Assembly: GCA_964589815.1 (NCBI GenBank)
Contig: CAZPUR010000005.1
Span: 7,472 to 71,471, forward strand
Direction: 5' to 3'
From: an uncultured Pseudomonadales bacterium
GTDB taxonomy: Bacteria > Patescibacteriota > Microgenomatia > UBA1400
Length of the DNA: 64,000 nucleotides
Position numbers and translations under genes: made by a program. Positions 23,473 through 33,702 of the stretch are shown piece after piece; the stretch's first letter is position 1, and each line of letters begins with the position of its first letter. The notes below the pieces were generated by a model, which was not told where the DNA came from, ran no database searches, and saw only the letters and a list, made by a program, of their open reading frames with translations.

Positions 23473-24092
23473 TTTTGCTCTTTTTTAACTGTGGTTGGAT
23501 TACCGTGGCCAGAGTAAATAATGGTTGACTTGGGAAGAGATAAAATCTTTTTAATTGACTTTTGCAGTTGCTCAAAATCCCCTCCTTTGAGATCTGTCCT
23601 TCCGTATCCCCCACCAGCAAAAATCAAGTCGCCCACAAAAACTAAATTTTCTTTTTGGCAATAAAAGGAAAGGCTGCCCGGAGTATGCCCAGGAGTTTCG
23701 AGAATTTTTAATCCGCCAGCTGGCAGAAATTCCCCTATTTTTAAAATCTCTCCTTCTTTTAATAATTTATCTGGCATCACCACCGGGTCAACCTTTAGAC
23801 CAGTAAAAAAATTAGCGGTTGACTGAGCTCTTTTTAATATTTTCGCATCCCTGACACTGAGATAAAAAGGGACCTTGAAAGCTAGTTTTAATTCTGTTAC
23901 GGCTAAAACATGATCAAAATGTCCGTGGGTGGCTAAGATAGCTTTAGGTTTTAAATCCAAATCTTTAATCTTATTAATAATAAAATCAGCGTCGTCTCCC
24001 GGGTCAATGATAAAACACTCTCTCGATTCCCCGCCATAGAATAAATAACAATTGGTTGATAATTGCCCCACCCTTAAAACCTTTACCGGCAT
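23469..24092 (-). CDS. MBL-fold metallo-hydrolase (glyoxalase II-like)
   Basis: THGHFDH, TPGHTPGS, GDLIF, GRTD, SGHG. Confidence 0.93.
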   Translation of the reverse strand: MPVKVLRVGQLSTNCYLFYGGESRECFIIDPGDDADFIINKIKDLDLKPKAILATHGHFDHVLAVTELKLAFKVPFYLSVRDAKILKRAQSTANFFTGLKVDPVVMPDKLLKEGEILKIGEFLPAGGLKILETPGHTPGSLSFYCQKENLVFVGDLIFAGGGYGRTDLKGGDFEQLQKSIKKILSLPKSTIIYSGHGNPTTVKKEQN

Positions 24093-24166
24093 AAACTAAT
24101 TTTATCATAGTTAACAGGATAAAAATTTGGAAAATAAGGCCTTTTAAGGTAAAATATAAAGCTGTA

Positions 24167-26437
24167 ATGGATAAACGGTATAAACCCCAAGAGTTTGAGA
24201 CTAGAACCTACCAACTCTGGGAAAAAACAAAAGCATTCACTTCTAAGAGAAATAAAAAACAGCAGCCCTTCACTATTATTATGCCTCCTCCTAACGCTAA
24301 TGCTCCCCTGCATATTGGCCACGCCATGTTTGTGGCCTTAGAAGACATTCTGATTCGCTATCACCGAATGAAAGGCGACGCTTCTCTTTGGTTACCAGGT
24401 GCTGATCATGCTGGCATTTTAACCCAAGTAGTTTTCGAAAGAAAATTAGCCGCTAAAGGAAAAAATAGGTTTGATCTGGGTCGAAGTAAATTTTACCGTC
24501 AGTGTCTTAAATTTACTCAGAATAATAAAAAAATTATGTATAATCAGTTAAAAAAACTTGGGGCTTCTTGTGATTGGACTAGAGAAAAATTCACCCTTGA
24601 CGCTGACATTTCTAAACAAGTCCTTTTAACTTTCGTCCAATTATATCAAAATGGTTTGGCTTATCGCGGCGACCGGCTCATCAACTGGTGCCCCCGTTGC
24701 ATGACAGCTTTGTCAGACCTAGAAGTAGAATATAAAGAAATCAAGGGTAAGTTTTGGTATATTAAATATCCTTTAAAAATTCACTCTGATGTTACTGGTC
24801 AAAAAAGATATCTAGTGGTAGCCACCACTAGGCCGCAAACCATGCTTGGCGATACTGCTTTAGTCGTTCATCCTGATGACGGACGCTATAATCAGTTCAT
24901 TGGCCAAAAAGTTATTCTCCCTTTAGTAGGCCGAGAAATTCCTATTGTGGCTGATAAAATGGTTGATCCCGAATTTGGCACTGGTGTCGTCAAGGTCACT
25001 CCGGCCCATGATCCTATCGATTGGCAAATAGGTCTTCGGCACAAACTCAAAATAATTTCTGTCATTGGTTTTGATAGTAAAATGACTGCTGAAGCAGGTC
25101 AAGATTTTGCCGGTCTTAATGTAGAAGAGGCCAGAAAAAAAATTGTTGAAAGTTTAAATAAAAAAAACCTCTTGCTCAAAGATAGAATCCACATGCATGC
25201 GGTTAGCCATTGCGAGCGTTGTAAAACCATTATTGAACCTTTGGTTTCTAAACAATGGTTTTTGGACGTAAATTCCAAATTCCAAATTCCAAATTCCAAA
25301 TTAAGAAAAGTCTTAGGAGTTAAAGAGGTCTCACTAAGGCAATTGGGTGTTTTGGCAGTTAGAAAAGGGTCGATTAAAATTTTACCTAAACGCTTTAAAA
25401 AAAGCTACTTAAGTTGGATGAAAGATTTACATGATTGGTGTATCTCCCGGCAAATCTGGTGGGGGCATCGGATGCCTATCTGGTATTGCGGCACTAAAGG
25501 ATTGTCTGCCCTGCAAAAACAAATGAACCCGGAATTACAGGGAAAACCGACTGGCTGTGGACATATAATTGTTAGCCTTAAAAAGCCAAAATCTTGTCCT
25601 AAATGCCATCGTCGAGTTACTATTATTCAGGACCCAGACACCTTTGATACTTGGTTTTCTTCAGGTCAGTGGATCCATAATGCCTTAGGTTATCCTAATT
25701 CTCATGACTATAAATACTTTTATCCCACTTCGGTAATGGAAACTGGTTATGAAATTTTAAATATTTGGGTGGCCAAAATGATTATGTTAAGTCTATATCG
25801 AACTAATGAGCTCCCTTTTAAAACCGTTTATCTTCATGGCTTGGTGCGCGATGCTTTTGGAGAAAAAATGAGTAAATCCAAAGGCAATGTTATTAACCCC
25901 TTAGATGTGATTGAAAAACATGGAGCTGATGCTTTACGAATGGCTTTGGTAATTGGTACCAGTCCGGGGAATGATGTTTCGGTAAGTGAAAATAAAATTA
26001 AGGGCTACCGCAATTTTACTAACAAAATTTGGAATATAGGTCGTTTTGTTTATCTGAATCTTAAATCAACTAGAAAACAGGTCCCCTGGTATAAAACTAA
26101 AATGAGGGGTTTAACTAGAGAGGATGAAAAAATCATTAGAAAACTTAACTTACTCATTAAAGAAACAACCAAAAGCTTAGACGGATTTAAATTCTCCCCT
26201 GCCGGAGAAGCCATTTATCAATTTTTATGGCATCAATTTGCCGATAAATATATTGAAAAAGTTAAGCCAAGAGTCAGAGATAAAGACGTCGTCGCTTTAT
26301 CAGTTTTACACCACGTTTACTTAAACTGTCTCAAACTTCTCCATCCTTTTATGCCTTTTGTCACTGAAGCAGTTTGGCAGCAAATGCCGAGGAAATCTAA
26401 AAAGAAACTTATTGTTTCTCCTTGGCCCAAAATTTAA
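24167..26437 (+). CDS. valS: Valine-tRNA ligase (short form)
   Basis: PPPNAN.LHIGH, DWCISRQIWWGH, KMSKS. Confidence 0.98.
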   Translation: MDKRYKPQEFETRTYQLWEKTKAFTSKRNKKQQPFTIIMPPPNANAPLHIGHAMFVALEDILIRYHRMKGDASLWLPGADHAGILTQVVFERKLAAKGKNRFDLGRSKFYRQCLKFTQNNKKIMYNQLKKLGASCDWTREKFTLDADISKQVLLTFVQLYQNGLAYRGDRLINWCPRCMTALSDLEVEYKEIKGKFWYIKYPLKIHSDVTGQKRYLVVATTRPQTMLGDTALVVHPDDGRYNQFIGQKVILPLVGREIPIVADKMVDPEFGTGVVKVTPAHDPIDWQIGLRHKLKIISVIGFDSKMTAEAGQDFAGLNVEEARKKIVESLNKKNLLLKDRIHMHAVSHCERCKTIIEPLVSKQWFLDVNSKFQIPNSKLRKVLGVKEVSLRQLGVLAVRKGSIKILPKRFKKSYLSWMKDLHDWCISRQIWWGHRMPIWYCGTKGLSALQKQMNPELQGKPTGCGHIIVSLKKPKSCPKCHRRVTIIQDPDTFDTWFSSGQWIHNALGYPNSHDYKYFYPTSVMETGYEILNIWVAKMIMLSLYRTNELPFKTVYLHGLVRDAFGEKMSKSKGNVINPLDVIEKHGADALRMALVIGTSPGNDVSVSENKIKGYRNFTNKIWNIGRFVYLNLKSTRKQVPWYKTKMRGLTREDEKIIRKLNLLIKETTKSLDGFKFSPAGEAIYQFLWHQFADKYIEKVKPRVRDKDVVALSVLHHVYLNCLKLLHPFMPFVTEAVWQQMPRKSKKKLIVSPWPKI

Positions 26438-26438
26438 C

Positions 26439-27053
26439 ATGGAAAACCTATCCTGTCCACCACAAAAATTTTTAACCATCAAAAAAAAGTTAACTAAGCT
26501 TTCAAAGCAAAAAAAGAGTCAAAAAATAGACAAATTTCCCGGTACTTATCTATGGCTAGACTTGCGCAACTATTCTGAATTTACCTCCCAACAATCAACG
26601 GCAAAGGTAATAAAACTCTTAAACCGGTATTATTTCTTAATAGAAAATGGCGCAGCCGGTTTTGGGGGTCAAGTAGTTGATTTTTTGGGAGATGGTATTG
26701 GTGTTTTATTTAGGCATAAAAATCACCCTCAAAATGCTTGGCAAGCAGTTATGTGTATTTTAAGGTCTTTAAATACAGCTAAGCTAGACCTTAAGCTGGG
26801 CTTGGGTTTAAATACTGGACTGATTATCTGGGCTAAAAGTAAACAGGTTAAGGCAACTAAAGAATTTTATTCTGGAACCACTATTATTAAAGCTTGTCGT
26901 CTAGGGGTCTTGGCCTCCAGAACCAAGAAAAAAATTCTCATCACTAAAAAATTCTATCAAAAACTTGAACCTGGAGACCGAAAAAAGTTTAAATTTTTAA
27001 AATTTATTAGATTAAAAGGGTTTAAGCAAAAAACCGCAGTTTATTATCTTTAA
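26439..27053 (+). CDS. Stand-alone class III nucleotidyl cyclase domain protein
   Basis: WLDLRNYSEF, DFLGDGI, GLNTG, ACRL, LKGF; ATG 26439 directly after valS stop. Confidence 0.75.
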   Translation: MENLSCPPQKFLTIKKKLTKLSKQKKSQKIDKFPGTYLWLDLRNYSEFTSQQSTAKVIKLLNRYYFLIENGAAGFGGQVVDFLGDGIGVLFRHKNHPQNAWQAVMCILRSLNTAKLDLKLGLGLNTGLIIWAKSKQVKATKEFYSGTTIIKACRLGVLASRTKKKILITKKFYQKLEPGDRKKFKFLKFIRLKGFKQKTAVYYL

Positions 27054-27130
27054 GGAAAAAATTCCACTCCGAACTTTTATTTATTCTCCAAAAACACTTC
27101 AAGATTAAATAGAAAATGTTATACTTAATT

Positions 27131-27631
27131 ATGCTCAAAAATTGGCTGAGTTTAGGGATTATAGTTTTAACTTTAATCTTACTAACTAATTTTCTCTGGC
27201 CCAGAAACAAGATTTTCTCCACACAATTAAACACTGCTCGCTGGCCTTTATCAATTAAAAGGCACCTCCAAATGGCAAAAACTTATTTTGAAAATGGTTA
27301 TGAGCATGAAGCCATTAAAGAATATCAGCAAGCAGAACGACTTTATCAGTATTTTTCCTTTATTGACTTAAGTAAAACATTTAAAAACCAGTTAGAAGAA
27401 ACAAAAAAAATAGTTTATCAACGTCAAAGATTAAAAAATCAGATTGAAGGTTGGGAAACAGTTTTAAAATCAAAGCCTTATTACCGCGATGTCCTGGTTC
27501 ACCTCTCTGTTTTAAACTACCAAATCTGGGAAGATGAAAAAGCCAAAGAATACTGGCAACAGGCTTTTTATTTAGACCCTAACAGCCCTCAAGTACAAGA
27601 AATGGGGAAAATTTTAGGGATTAGAAATTAG
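27131..27631 (+). CDS. TPR-like protein with N-terminal membrane anchor
   Basis: Hydrophobic N-terminus; PYYRDVL...AKEYWQQAFYLDPN TPR-like helices. Confidence 0.72.
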   Translation: MLKNWLSLGIIVLTLILLTNFLWPRNKIFSTQLNTARWPLSIKRHLQMAKTYFENGYEHEAIKEYQQAERLYQYFSFIDLSKTFKNQLEETKKIVYQRQRLKNQIEGWETVLKSKPYYRDVLVHLSVLNYQIWEDEKAKEYWQQAFYLDPNSPQVQEMGKILGIRN

Positions 27632-27653
27632 AAGCTGGGAATTTTAAAAGAAG

Positions 27654-28445
27654 TTATTTTTTCTCTTCTTTGCCTTGTTTTTCTTGTTTCTCTTCTGGTT
27701 TGACTTCTTTTTTGCCTTCTTCTGGTTTTCCTGTTTCCTCTTTTTCCTCGCCTTCTTGAACCTCTGCTTCCTCGCCTTCGGCTGGAACTTCTTCGGTTGG
27801 TTTTTCTTCTTCTTTTTCTTCTTTTGGCTCTTCCACTTTAACTAATAAGTCTTCTTCATTTTCAACCAAAATCTTAACCTTAGCTTTATCTACCTTTAAA
27901 TCCTTAAGGGCAATGCCCTGGCCAATTTTATCAATCTTACTAATATCTACCTCAAATTTTTCCGGTAAATCAGTTGGTAGGGCCTCAACTTCAATCTCAT
28001 CCATTAAAGGCACTAAAATGCCCCCCTTGCTTACGGCTGGCGCTTCGCCTCTAAGCTCTATAGGAATAGCGACGTGAACTTTTTCTTTAAGGTCAATTTG
28101 GTGAAAATCAGCATGAAGAGGTAAATCAGTAACTGGGTCTTTTTGTAAATTGTGAATTAGGACAGCCCGGGATTTTTTTTCAGGACTCAAGCTTAATTCG
28201 ACAATGCCTGTCTCCCCTGCCTCCTGATAGACTGTTAAAAATTCTTTTAAGTCCACCTCAATTGCCTGGGATTTTATCTTTTTACCATAAATATTGGCTG
28301 GGAGGATGCCTTTTTCCCTTAATTTCTTAATTTTGCGGCCAAAAATTTTACGTTTTTGGGTTTTAAGTTTTGGCTTAAAACTCCCTTCAGTCTTTGCCAC
28401 TGATGAAGTTTTTTTAGTTTTTTTATCAATTTCTTTCTTAGTCAT
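27654..28445 (-). CDS. rplY: 50S ribosomal protein L25 / Ctc
   Basis: LREKGILPANIYG, HADF, EALPTDLPE, acidic tail. Confidence 0.95.
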   Translation of the reverse strand: MTKKEIDKKTKKTSSVAKTEGSFKPKLKTQKRKIFGRKIKKLREKGILPANIYGKKIKSQAIEVDLKEFLTVYQEAGETGIVELSLSPEKKSRAVLIHNLQKDPVTDLPLHADFHQIDLKEKVHVAIPIELRGEAPAVSKGGILVPLMDEIEVEALPTDLPEKFEVDISKIDKIGQGIALKDLKVDKAKVKILVENEEDLLVKVEEPKEEKEEEKPTEEVPAEGEEAEVQEGEEKEETGKPEEGKKEVKPEEKQEKQGKEEKK

Positions 28446-28494
28446 AACTTTGTGATTTTAACAAATTCCTATTTTTAAAGCAATCAGCAACCTT

Positions 28495-31200
28495 TTACTC
28501 GGGAGAAAATTCTATTAAAAAGCCCCTGTCTTTTATCGTAGTAGTCTGAATCTGTAATTGAGGTGGTGAACTTTCTGATTCGGGGATAGATTTAATAACC
28601 TGCCAGTTTTGAGGGTAATTAAGCTGCAGACTTAGGGGGCCTTCACCTATGCCTGGTTGCTTTTGAAAATATAAAGCATAGCCCGTTTTCCCTTGAGTAA
28701 AATCTATTTTCTCAGCTGGCCGGTAACTAATTTCTACCAATCTTTTCTCTCCGGCCGGAACAGTAACCAAAAAGCCAATGGCTCTTTTAGCATATTCATC
28801 CAAAAAATCAATCTCATTGGCGCTCAAAGGAGTCAAGCTGGCCATTGTTTCACCAACTTTAACATTTAAAACAGTTGTCTCCAGGGGTAAATAAACCCTA
28901 AGGTAGTTTTTATAGTCTCCGCCTGGTTGTTTTTTTGAAGGACTCAAATTTTGATAAGCTAAAATTGTCTTTTCCTCTAGGCTGCCGTCTTCTAAAAAAC
29001 TTACCTTCTGCATAATTTCTCTCTTAAGATAATAATTAGCTTGATTAACGCCCAAGTTGGCTTCGGCCAACATTAAAAAATCTGTCAAAACATTTTTACT
29101 TTTGGCTACTTCCCTAACGCTACCGTCCCAACCATAGTGATTAAAAAATCTGGCTTCTTTCTCACTAGTTAAGGCAATTAAAATCTCTTTATTGCCTAAG
29201 TTTTCAAACAGAACAGCCATTAATTTCAACCATTCTCTGCTCTCAAGTTGGTAAATTTTGTCAAAAATCGCTTGAGCTAAATAAACCATAAAATTCTTTT
29301 TATCCCCTTCTTCTAATGCGGTAATAAATTGGGCTCTTTCCAAAATATTGCCTTCATTGATCTCTTCTCCTGTCTGCTCTAAGGTTACAGGCCCTAAAAC
29401 AGATAAAATTCGTTTAAAAGCCAATAGGTCCAGACTAATGGTGCCCTCAACTTTTCTTTTTAGGGCGCTTTCCAAGAACCACTCAGCCTGATAGCTCGTA
29501 TCCGGGAAGTGAATGGCCCAGTTAGCATCCCTTAAATACCAGGAACTTTCGCCTAAGTATTTCTTCATCTCTGCCGGAGGTTCAACTCTGCCTTTAAGCT
29601 GATTATCAACTGCTCCAGTTTTGTTAATTTGAAAGTCAAGAAGTTTGTTATTTTCAAAACTAACTAGACCAAAACCGACGATAAATCCGCCCGTCGGTCT
29701 GAGCTCTAAATTATTTTGCAGCAATATCAGATAGGTCTTTTTGCCGTTCTGAGCCACCAGCGAGGGCAAAATCTCTAAAAAATCCCGGGCCAGCTTAATT
29801 TTCTCTTTAGAAAAAGGCAGTTGACTTGTCAATTCACTCTCCTGATCTAACTCATCAGCTTCAATTTGGTTTATTTCATCCCAAAGTTGGTCCAATAAAA
29901 ACTCCAAGTCATCAATTTTTGCCCTCAAATCTCCTTCTTCTCTTTTAATAACTAAAGTTGTCATCTCTTCCGTCTTTTGAGCTATCTGACTGATTAAGTT
30001 AGCTGTCCGAGTAAAACGAATGCTGAGGTCGAAAAAAGAAAAAAACTTTTCCGCCGGTTGGGATAAATGGAAAAAAGAAATTAGGTCTTTCAAGCCTACC
30101 AGATATTCTTTTCCTTTATTAGCATATTCAAGGCTAGTTTCTACCTGATCTGTGGTTAAAGGAAAATTAAAATTATCTAAACTGGTTTTTATCTCTTTGG
30201 TTTTATTGAGGCTTTGAAAATAAAGATGACTTAAGTTAATTAAAGGAATACTTAAAAAAACTGTGGTCAAAAAGAAGGTAAGAAAAATTAATTTAAGCAA
30301 TATTCTCTTTCTTTTTTTCTTTTTAAATTCCGGCTTATAATACTCTATCCAGGCTAAAGTTTTTTTAATCCCAAAATTTAAACTGGTTTTTGGTCGCCAG
30401 TTAAGTTGTTTTTGAGTTTCTTTAATTTGTCTTTTTTTTATCAAACTCGGAGGTCTCTTTTTCTCATGCATGAATTCTATTCCCAAACTCCTCCCGGCCG
30501 CTTTTTTAATTGCCTGGGCAAATTTTAAAATCGTTACTTTTTGCTTCTCAGCTAAAATATAAATTTTCCCCGATGAGTCCTGACTAAACATGGCTTTTAA
30601 AATCCCTTGGATGGCATCATCAATATATAAAGGGTATAAGGGCTTAGAACCATCGCCAGGCACTTTAAATATTTTTTTACTTTTATAATTCTTAAATAAA
30701 AGAGCTAATTCTTTGTCTTGCTTTAATGGCATATAAGGACCATAGACATCGGTTAGGCAAACAATTCTGACATCAGCTTTAAGCCGGGAAAAATATTTAG
30801 TGGCGATGGTTTCATTAACCTTGTCTTTCTTCTCTTGATCAACAGAAGATATGAGTAAAAACTTGGCTCTTTGCTTTTGAGCCAACTCAATGAGGTCAGC
30901 CGTATGTTCCAGTCTGTTACTTACCGGTCGGACATAAAAAATATAGTCAAAGGTAACTCCAGCCAAATCTTTCAAGGGGTTTTTGGCCTTGATTTTTAAA
31001 ATTTTAAAGTTTTTTTTCGCCCTGAGGTTTTGAATTAAATTAAGGCTTCCTTTGGTTGACTGGTCTAAACAATAAACAAAACACTTTTTTGCCAACAAAG
31101 CCTTACAAAGGTGAAAACCAATAAAACCAGCACCGCCAATAACTAAGGCGTGAGGCAGTTGATCTGAAACTAAAATTGGTTTAAAAACCTTTTTGGACAT
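28495..31200 (-). CDS. Fusion: degenerate NAD-dependent epimerase (SDR) + TM + DUF4012
   Basis: GGAGFIG, DVYGP, GDGS..YPLYIDD; TM ~aa300-325; LLQNNLELRPTGGF, RDANW, QKQPG. Confidence 0.78.
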   Translation of the reverse strand: MSKKVFKPILVSDQLPHALVIGGAGFIGFHLCKALLAKKCFVYCLDQSTKGSLNLIQNLRAKKNFKILKIKAKNPLKDLAGVTFDYIFYVRPVSNRLEHTADLIELAQKQRAKFLLISSVDQEKKDKVNETIATKYFSRLKADVRIVCLTDVYGPYMPLKQDKELALLFKNYKSKKIFKVPGDGSKPLYPLYIDDAIQGILKAMFSQDSSGKIYILAEKQKVTILKFAQAIKKAAGRSLGIEFMHEKKRPPSLIKKRQIKETQKQLNWRPKTSLNFGIKKTLAWIEYYKPEFKKKKRKRILLKLIFLTFFLTTVFLSIPLINLSHLYFQSLNKTKEIKTSLDNFNFPLTTDQVETSLEYANKGKEYLVGLKDLISFFHLSQPAEKFFSFFDLSIRFTRTANLISQIAQKTEEMTTLVIKREEGDLRAKIDDLEFLLDQLWDEINQIEADELDQESELTSQLPFSKEKIKLARDFLEILPSLVAQNGKKTYLILLQNNLELRPTGGFIVGFGLVSFENNKLLDFQINKTGAVDNQLKGRVEPPAEMKKYLGESSWYLRDANWAIHFPDTSYQAEWFLESALKRKVEGTISLDLLAFKRILSVLGPVTLEQTGEEINEGNILERAQFITALEEGDKKNFMVYLAQAIFDKIYQLESREWLKLMAVLFENLGNKEILIALTSEKEARFFNHYGWDGSVREVAKSKNVLTDFLMLAEANLGVNQANYYLKREIMQKVSFLEDGSLEEKTILAYQNLSPSKKQPGGDYKNYLRVYLPLETTVLNVKVGETMASLTPLSANEIDFLDEYAKRAIGFLVTVPAGEKRLVEISYRPAEKIDFTQGKTGYALYFQKQPGIGEGPLSLQLNYPQNWQVIKSIPESESSPPQLQIQTTTIKDRGFLIEFSPE

Positions 31201-31266
31201 CGCTTTATCTATTATCTTACTTTATCTTTTAAAAACTAACAAGAAAAGATGATTAGCGGTAATAAT

Positions 31267-31701
31267 CTAAGTTTTTTGGGGAAATTTATCTAAGGCTTGG
31301 TTAAGAAGTTTGTCTGCTTCTTTGTTTCTTTCTCTTAAAACGTGATGATAATTTATTTTTCCTCCTAGTTGACTTTCTAATTCTTTAACTCTAATTGCTA
31401 AGGGTTGTAGCTTAAGATTTTTAATTTTATACTTACCGTTTAATTGATTAACCACCAGCAGGGAATCAAGAAAAAATTGGTATTTTACACTTAAATTTTT
31501 GGGCTGGGGTTGGTGTTTGATTAACCATTTTAAAGCCTGAATAGCCGCTTGGTATTCGGCCACATTATTAGTAGTCTTACCTATATACTCCCCTTTTTCT
31601 AAAAGCACTCTTCCCTTATCGTCTTTAATAATAACTCCTATGGCCGCTGGGCCTGGATTGCCTCGGGCGCCGCCATCACAGAATATGGTCAATTGGTTCA
31701 T
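31267..31701 (-). CDS. Ribonuclease HI family
   Basis: DGGARGNPGPA, TNNVAEY, DSLLVVNQ, NKEAD. Confidence 0.93.
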   Translation of the reverse strand: MNQLTIFCDGGARGNPGPAAIGVIIKDDKGRVLLEKGEYIGKTTNNVAEYQAAIQALKWLIKHQPQPKNLSVKYQFFLDSLLVVNQLNGKYKIKNLKLQPLAIRVKELESQLGGKINYHHVLRERNKEADKLLNQALDKFPQKT

Positions 31702-32177
31702 TTTTTCCCTTTGGGCTTAACCACTAACCTTCTTTCTCTACCTTCTCCTATTGATTCTGTTATCACGTCTGTACTGTCTGCTAAAGCTAAATGCACCAGT
31801 CGGCGTTCAGCACTATTTAAACCAGACATCATCACTTCCTGGCCAGAAAATTTTACTTTTTGGGCTGCATTTAAAGCCATTTTTTTTAAGCTCTCTTGCC
31901 TTTTCTCCAACCAATCGCCCACATTGATTAAAAGCGGCTGCCAAAAGCCTAATTTTTTATAAACCATTAAACTTAAAATCAGCTGCAGGCAGGAAAGGTT
32001 TTCTCCTTGGCTACCAATTAACAAACCAGGATCAGGGGGGTTAATATTGACTTTTATCATTTCCTCTTCTTTTTTTAGTTCGATTTTGGAATTCTTAAGC
32101 CCCATTAATTCTAAAAGTTTACTGGCTATTTCTTGAATGGTTTTAAGATTTTGGGTTTTATTAATTATTTTTTTCAT
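31698..32177 (-). CDS. jag: Jag/KhpB (KH + R3H) RNA-binding protein
   Basis: GLLIGSQGENL..LQ, ERRLVH, ESIGEG..R; follows yidC. Confidence 0.9.
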   Translation of the reverse strand: MKKIINKTQNLKTIQEIASKLLELMGLKNSKIELKKEEEMIKVNINPPDPGLLIGSQGENLSCLQLILSLMVYKKLGFWQPLLINVGDWLEKRQESLKKMALNAAQKVKFSGQEVMMSGLNSAERRLVHLALADSTDVITESIGEGRERRLVVKPKGKK

Positions 32178-32976
32178 TTTTTTTAGGTTTTTGTTTTTTT
32201 AATCTTAAATTACTAAACAACATAAACATACTAAAAGTCAGCCAATACAAAACTAGTCCTGAAGCAAATCTAAAACCAATGAACAAAGTCATCAAGGGCA
32301 TCATATAAAGCATTTGTTTTTGCATTGCTGCTGCCATATCGTCTTCTTGTTGAGGAGTTTTCTCAGCTTTACTTTGAGCGCTTTGAGCCATAGGAAACAT
32401 TGATTTAGAAGAAATAAACTGAGTTAAAGCCGCGGCTAATAAAAATATGCCTGGGACTTTGTCTATTTTAAAAATTTGTAAATTTAAAGAAAAAGGCAAT
32501 TGAATAAGGTCTGGCTTGGTAAGCTCTAAGTATAAAAATTTGGTATTAATAGCTACTTCTTCGGATAATTGAAGGGGTGAATAAAGAATTTCATTTAGTT
32601 TAGCAATGATGTCACCATCCGGGCTTAAAACTTGGTTAAAGGCTTGAAACAAGGCAATGAGAATTATAATTTGAATAATTTGCGGCAGACAACCAGCGGC
32701 TGGATTAAAACCGTGTTTTTGATAAAGTTTTAATTGAGCTTGGGCCAAACCCTGTTTGTCTTCTTTATATTTTTTTTTAAGCTCCTCTAGTTCTGGCTGC
32801 AGCTGTTTCATTTTTTGGGCAGTCTTCATTGAGGGTAGGATTAAAGGCCGTAAGGCACTCCGGATACCTAAAGTTAAAGCAATAATCGCCAGGCCTAAAT
32901 TCTGAAATAGAACTTTATAAAATAAAATTAAAAGGTTGACTAAGGGTTGGTATAGAAAAATAAACCAGATGTTCAT
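32161..32976 (-). CDS. yidC: Membrane protein insertase YidC
   Basis: LQPEL..LKKKY, NPAAGCLP, GLVLYW. Confidence 0.95.
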   Translation of the reverse strand: MNIWFIFLYQPLVNLLILFYKVLFQNLGLAIIALTLGIRSALRPLILPSMKTAQKMKQLQPELEELKKKYKEDKQGLAQAQLKLYQKHGFNPAAGCLPQIIQIIILIALFQAFNQVLSPDGDIIAKLNEILYSPLQLSEEVAINTKFLYLELTKPDLIQLPFSLNLQIFKIDKVPGIFLLAAALTQFISSKSMFPMAQSAQSKAEKTPQQEDDMAAAMQKQMLYMMPLMTLFIGFRFASGLVLYWLTFSMFMLFSNLRLKKQKPKKNEKNN

Positions 32977-33020
32977 TTATTAATGCTCAAATAAACAAAT
33001 ATAATCATTTGAGTATTTGG

Positions 33021-33257
33021 TTATTTTAAAGGATCACTGCCTCCCCGATTCCATGGATGACATTTTAAAACTCTTTTTAAACCCAAAAGAACGCCTTTTA
33101 TAATACCATACTTTTCAATCGCTTGAAAGCAGTACTCAGAGCAAGTAGGAATAAAGCGGCAGTTCTTATCACTTAGATAAAAAAATCTAAAAATCGGCCG
33201 ATGAAAAAACTTAGATTTTTGATAGCCGTGGATAAGTCTTAATAGAAGTTTTTTCAT
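33021..33257 (-). CDS. yidD: Membrane protein insertion efficiency factor YidD
   Basis: CRFIPTCSEY, RVLKCHPW.GG.DP. Confidence 0.96.
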   Translation of the reverse strand: MKKLLLRLIHGYQKSKFFHRPIFRFFYLSDKNCRFIPTCSEYCFQAIEKYGIIKGVLLGLKRVLKCHPWNRGGSDPLK

Positions 33258-33595
33258 TTAATAATCTTTGCCTTTTGCAATAGTGTTATCACTTCGGCAC
33301 TGATTTGAGGGGGTTTGTTTGAGCGTTGGGCTTTGTTAGCTAGTAAGAGAATGTTATAACCCTTTTTTATTTTTTTTATTTGGTATTTTACTGTTTGTCG
33401 AAGCAGCCGTTTTAACCGATTTCTATAAACCGCTCGTTTCTCCAGCTTAATCGGAATAATAAAAGCAAAGCGGGGAAAATTGTTAATGGTTGATGGTTGG
33501 TAGATCAATGTAAAATTATCAGCATGAAGCCGTTGACCTCTTTTTAAAAGTTTAGGAATTAAATAAGATGGAAGACGATGTTTTTTTGATAACAA
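33254..33595 (-). CDS. rnpA: RNase P protein component
   Basis: KRAVYRNRLKR RNR motif; lies between rpmH and yidD. Confidence 0.93.
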   Translation of the reverse strand: MLSKKHRLPSYLIPKLLKRGQRLHADNFTLIYQPSTINNFPRFAFIIPIKLEKRAVYRNRLKRLLRQTVKYQIKKIKKGYNILLLANKAQRSNKPPQISAEVITLLQKAKIIK

Positions 33596-33702
33596 AAAAT
33601 AAATTTCTAATTATTCTAATTGGTGCTTGGAACTTCTTTAGGTCAATTATCAACCAAAGGATGATCGTCCTCTGGACGAGAAATCAGGTTAATTAGGTTA
33701 AT

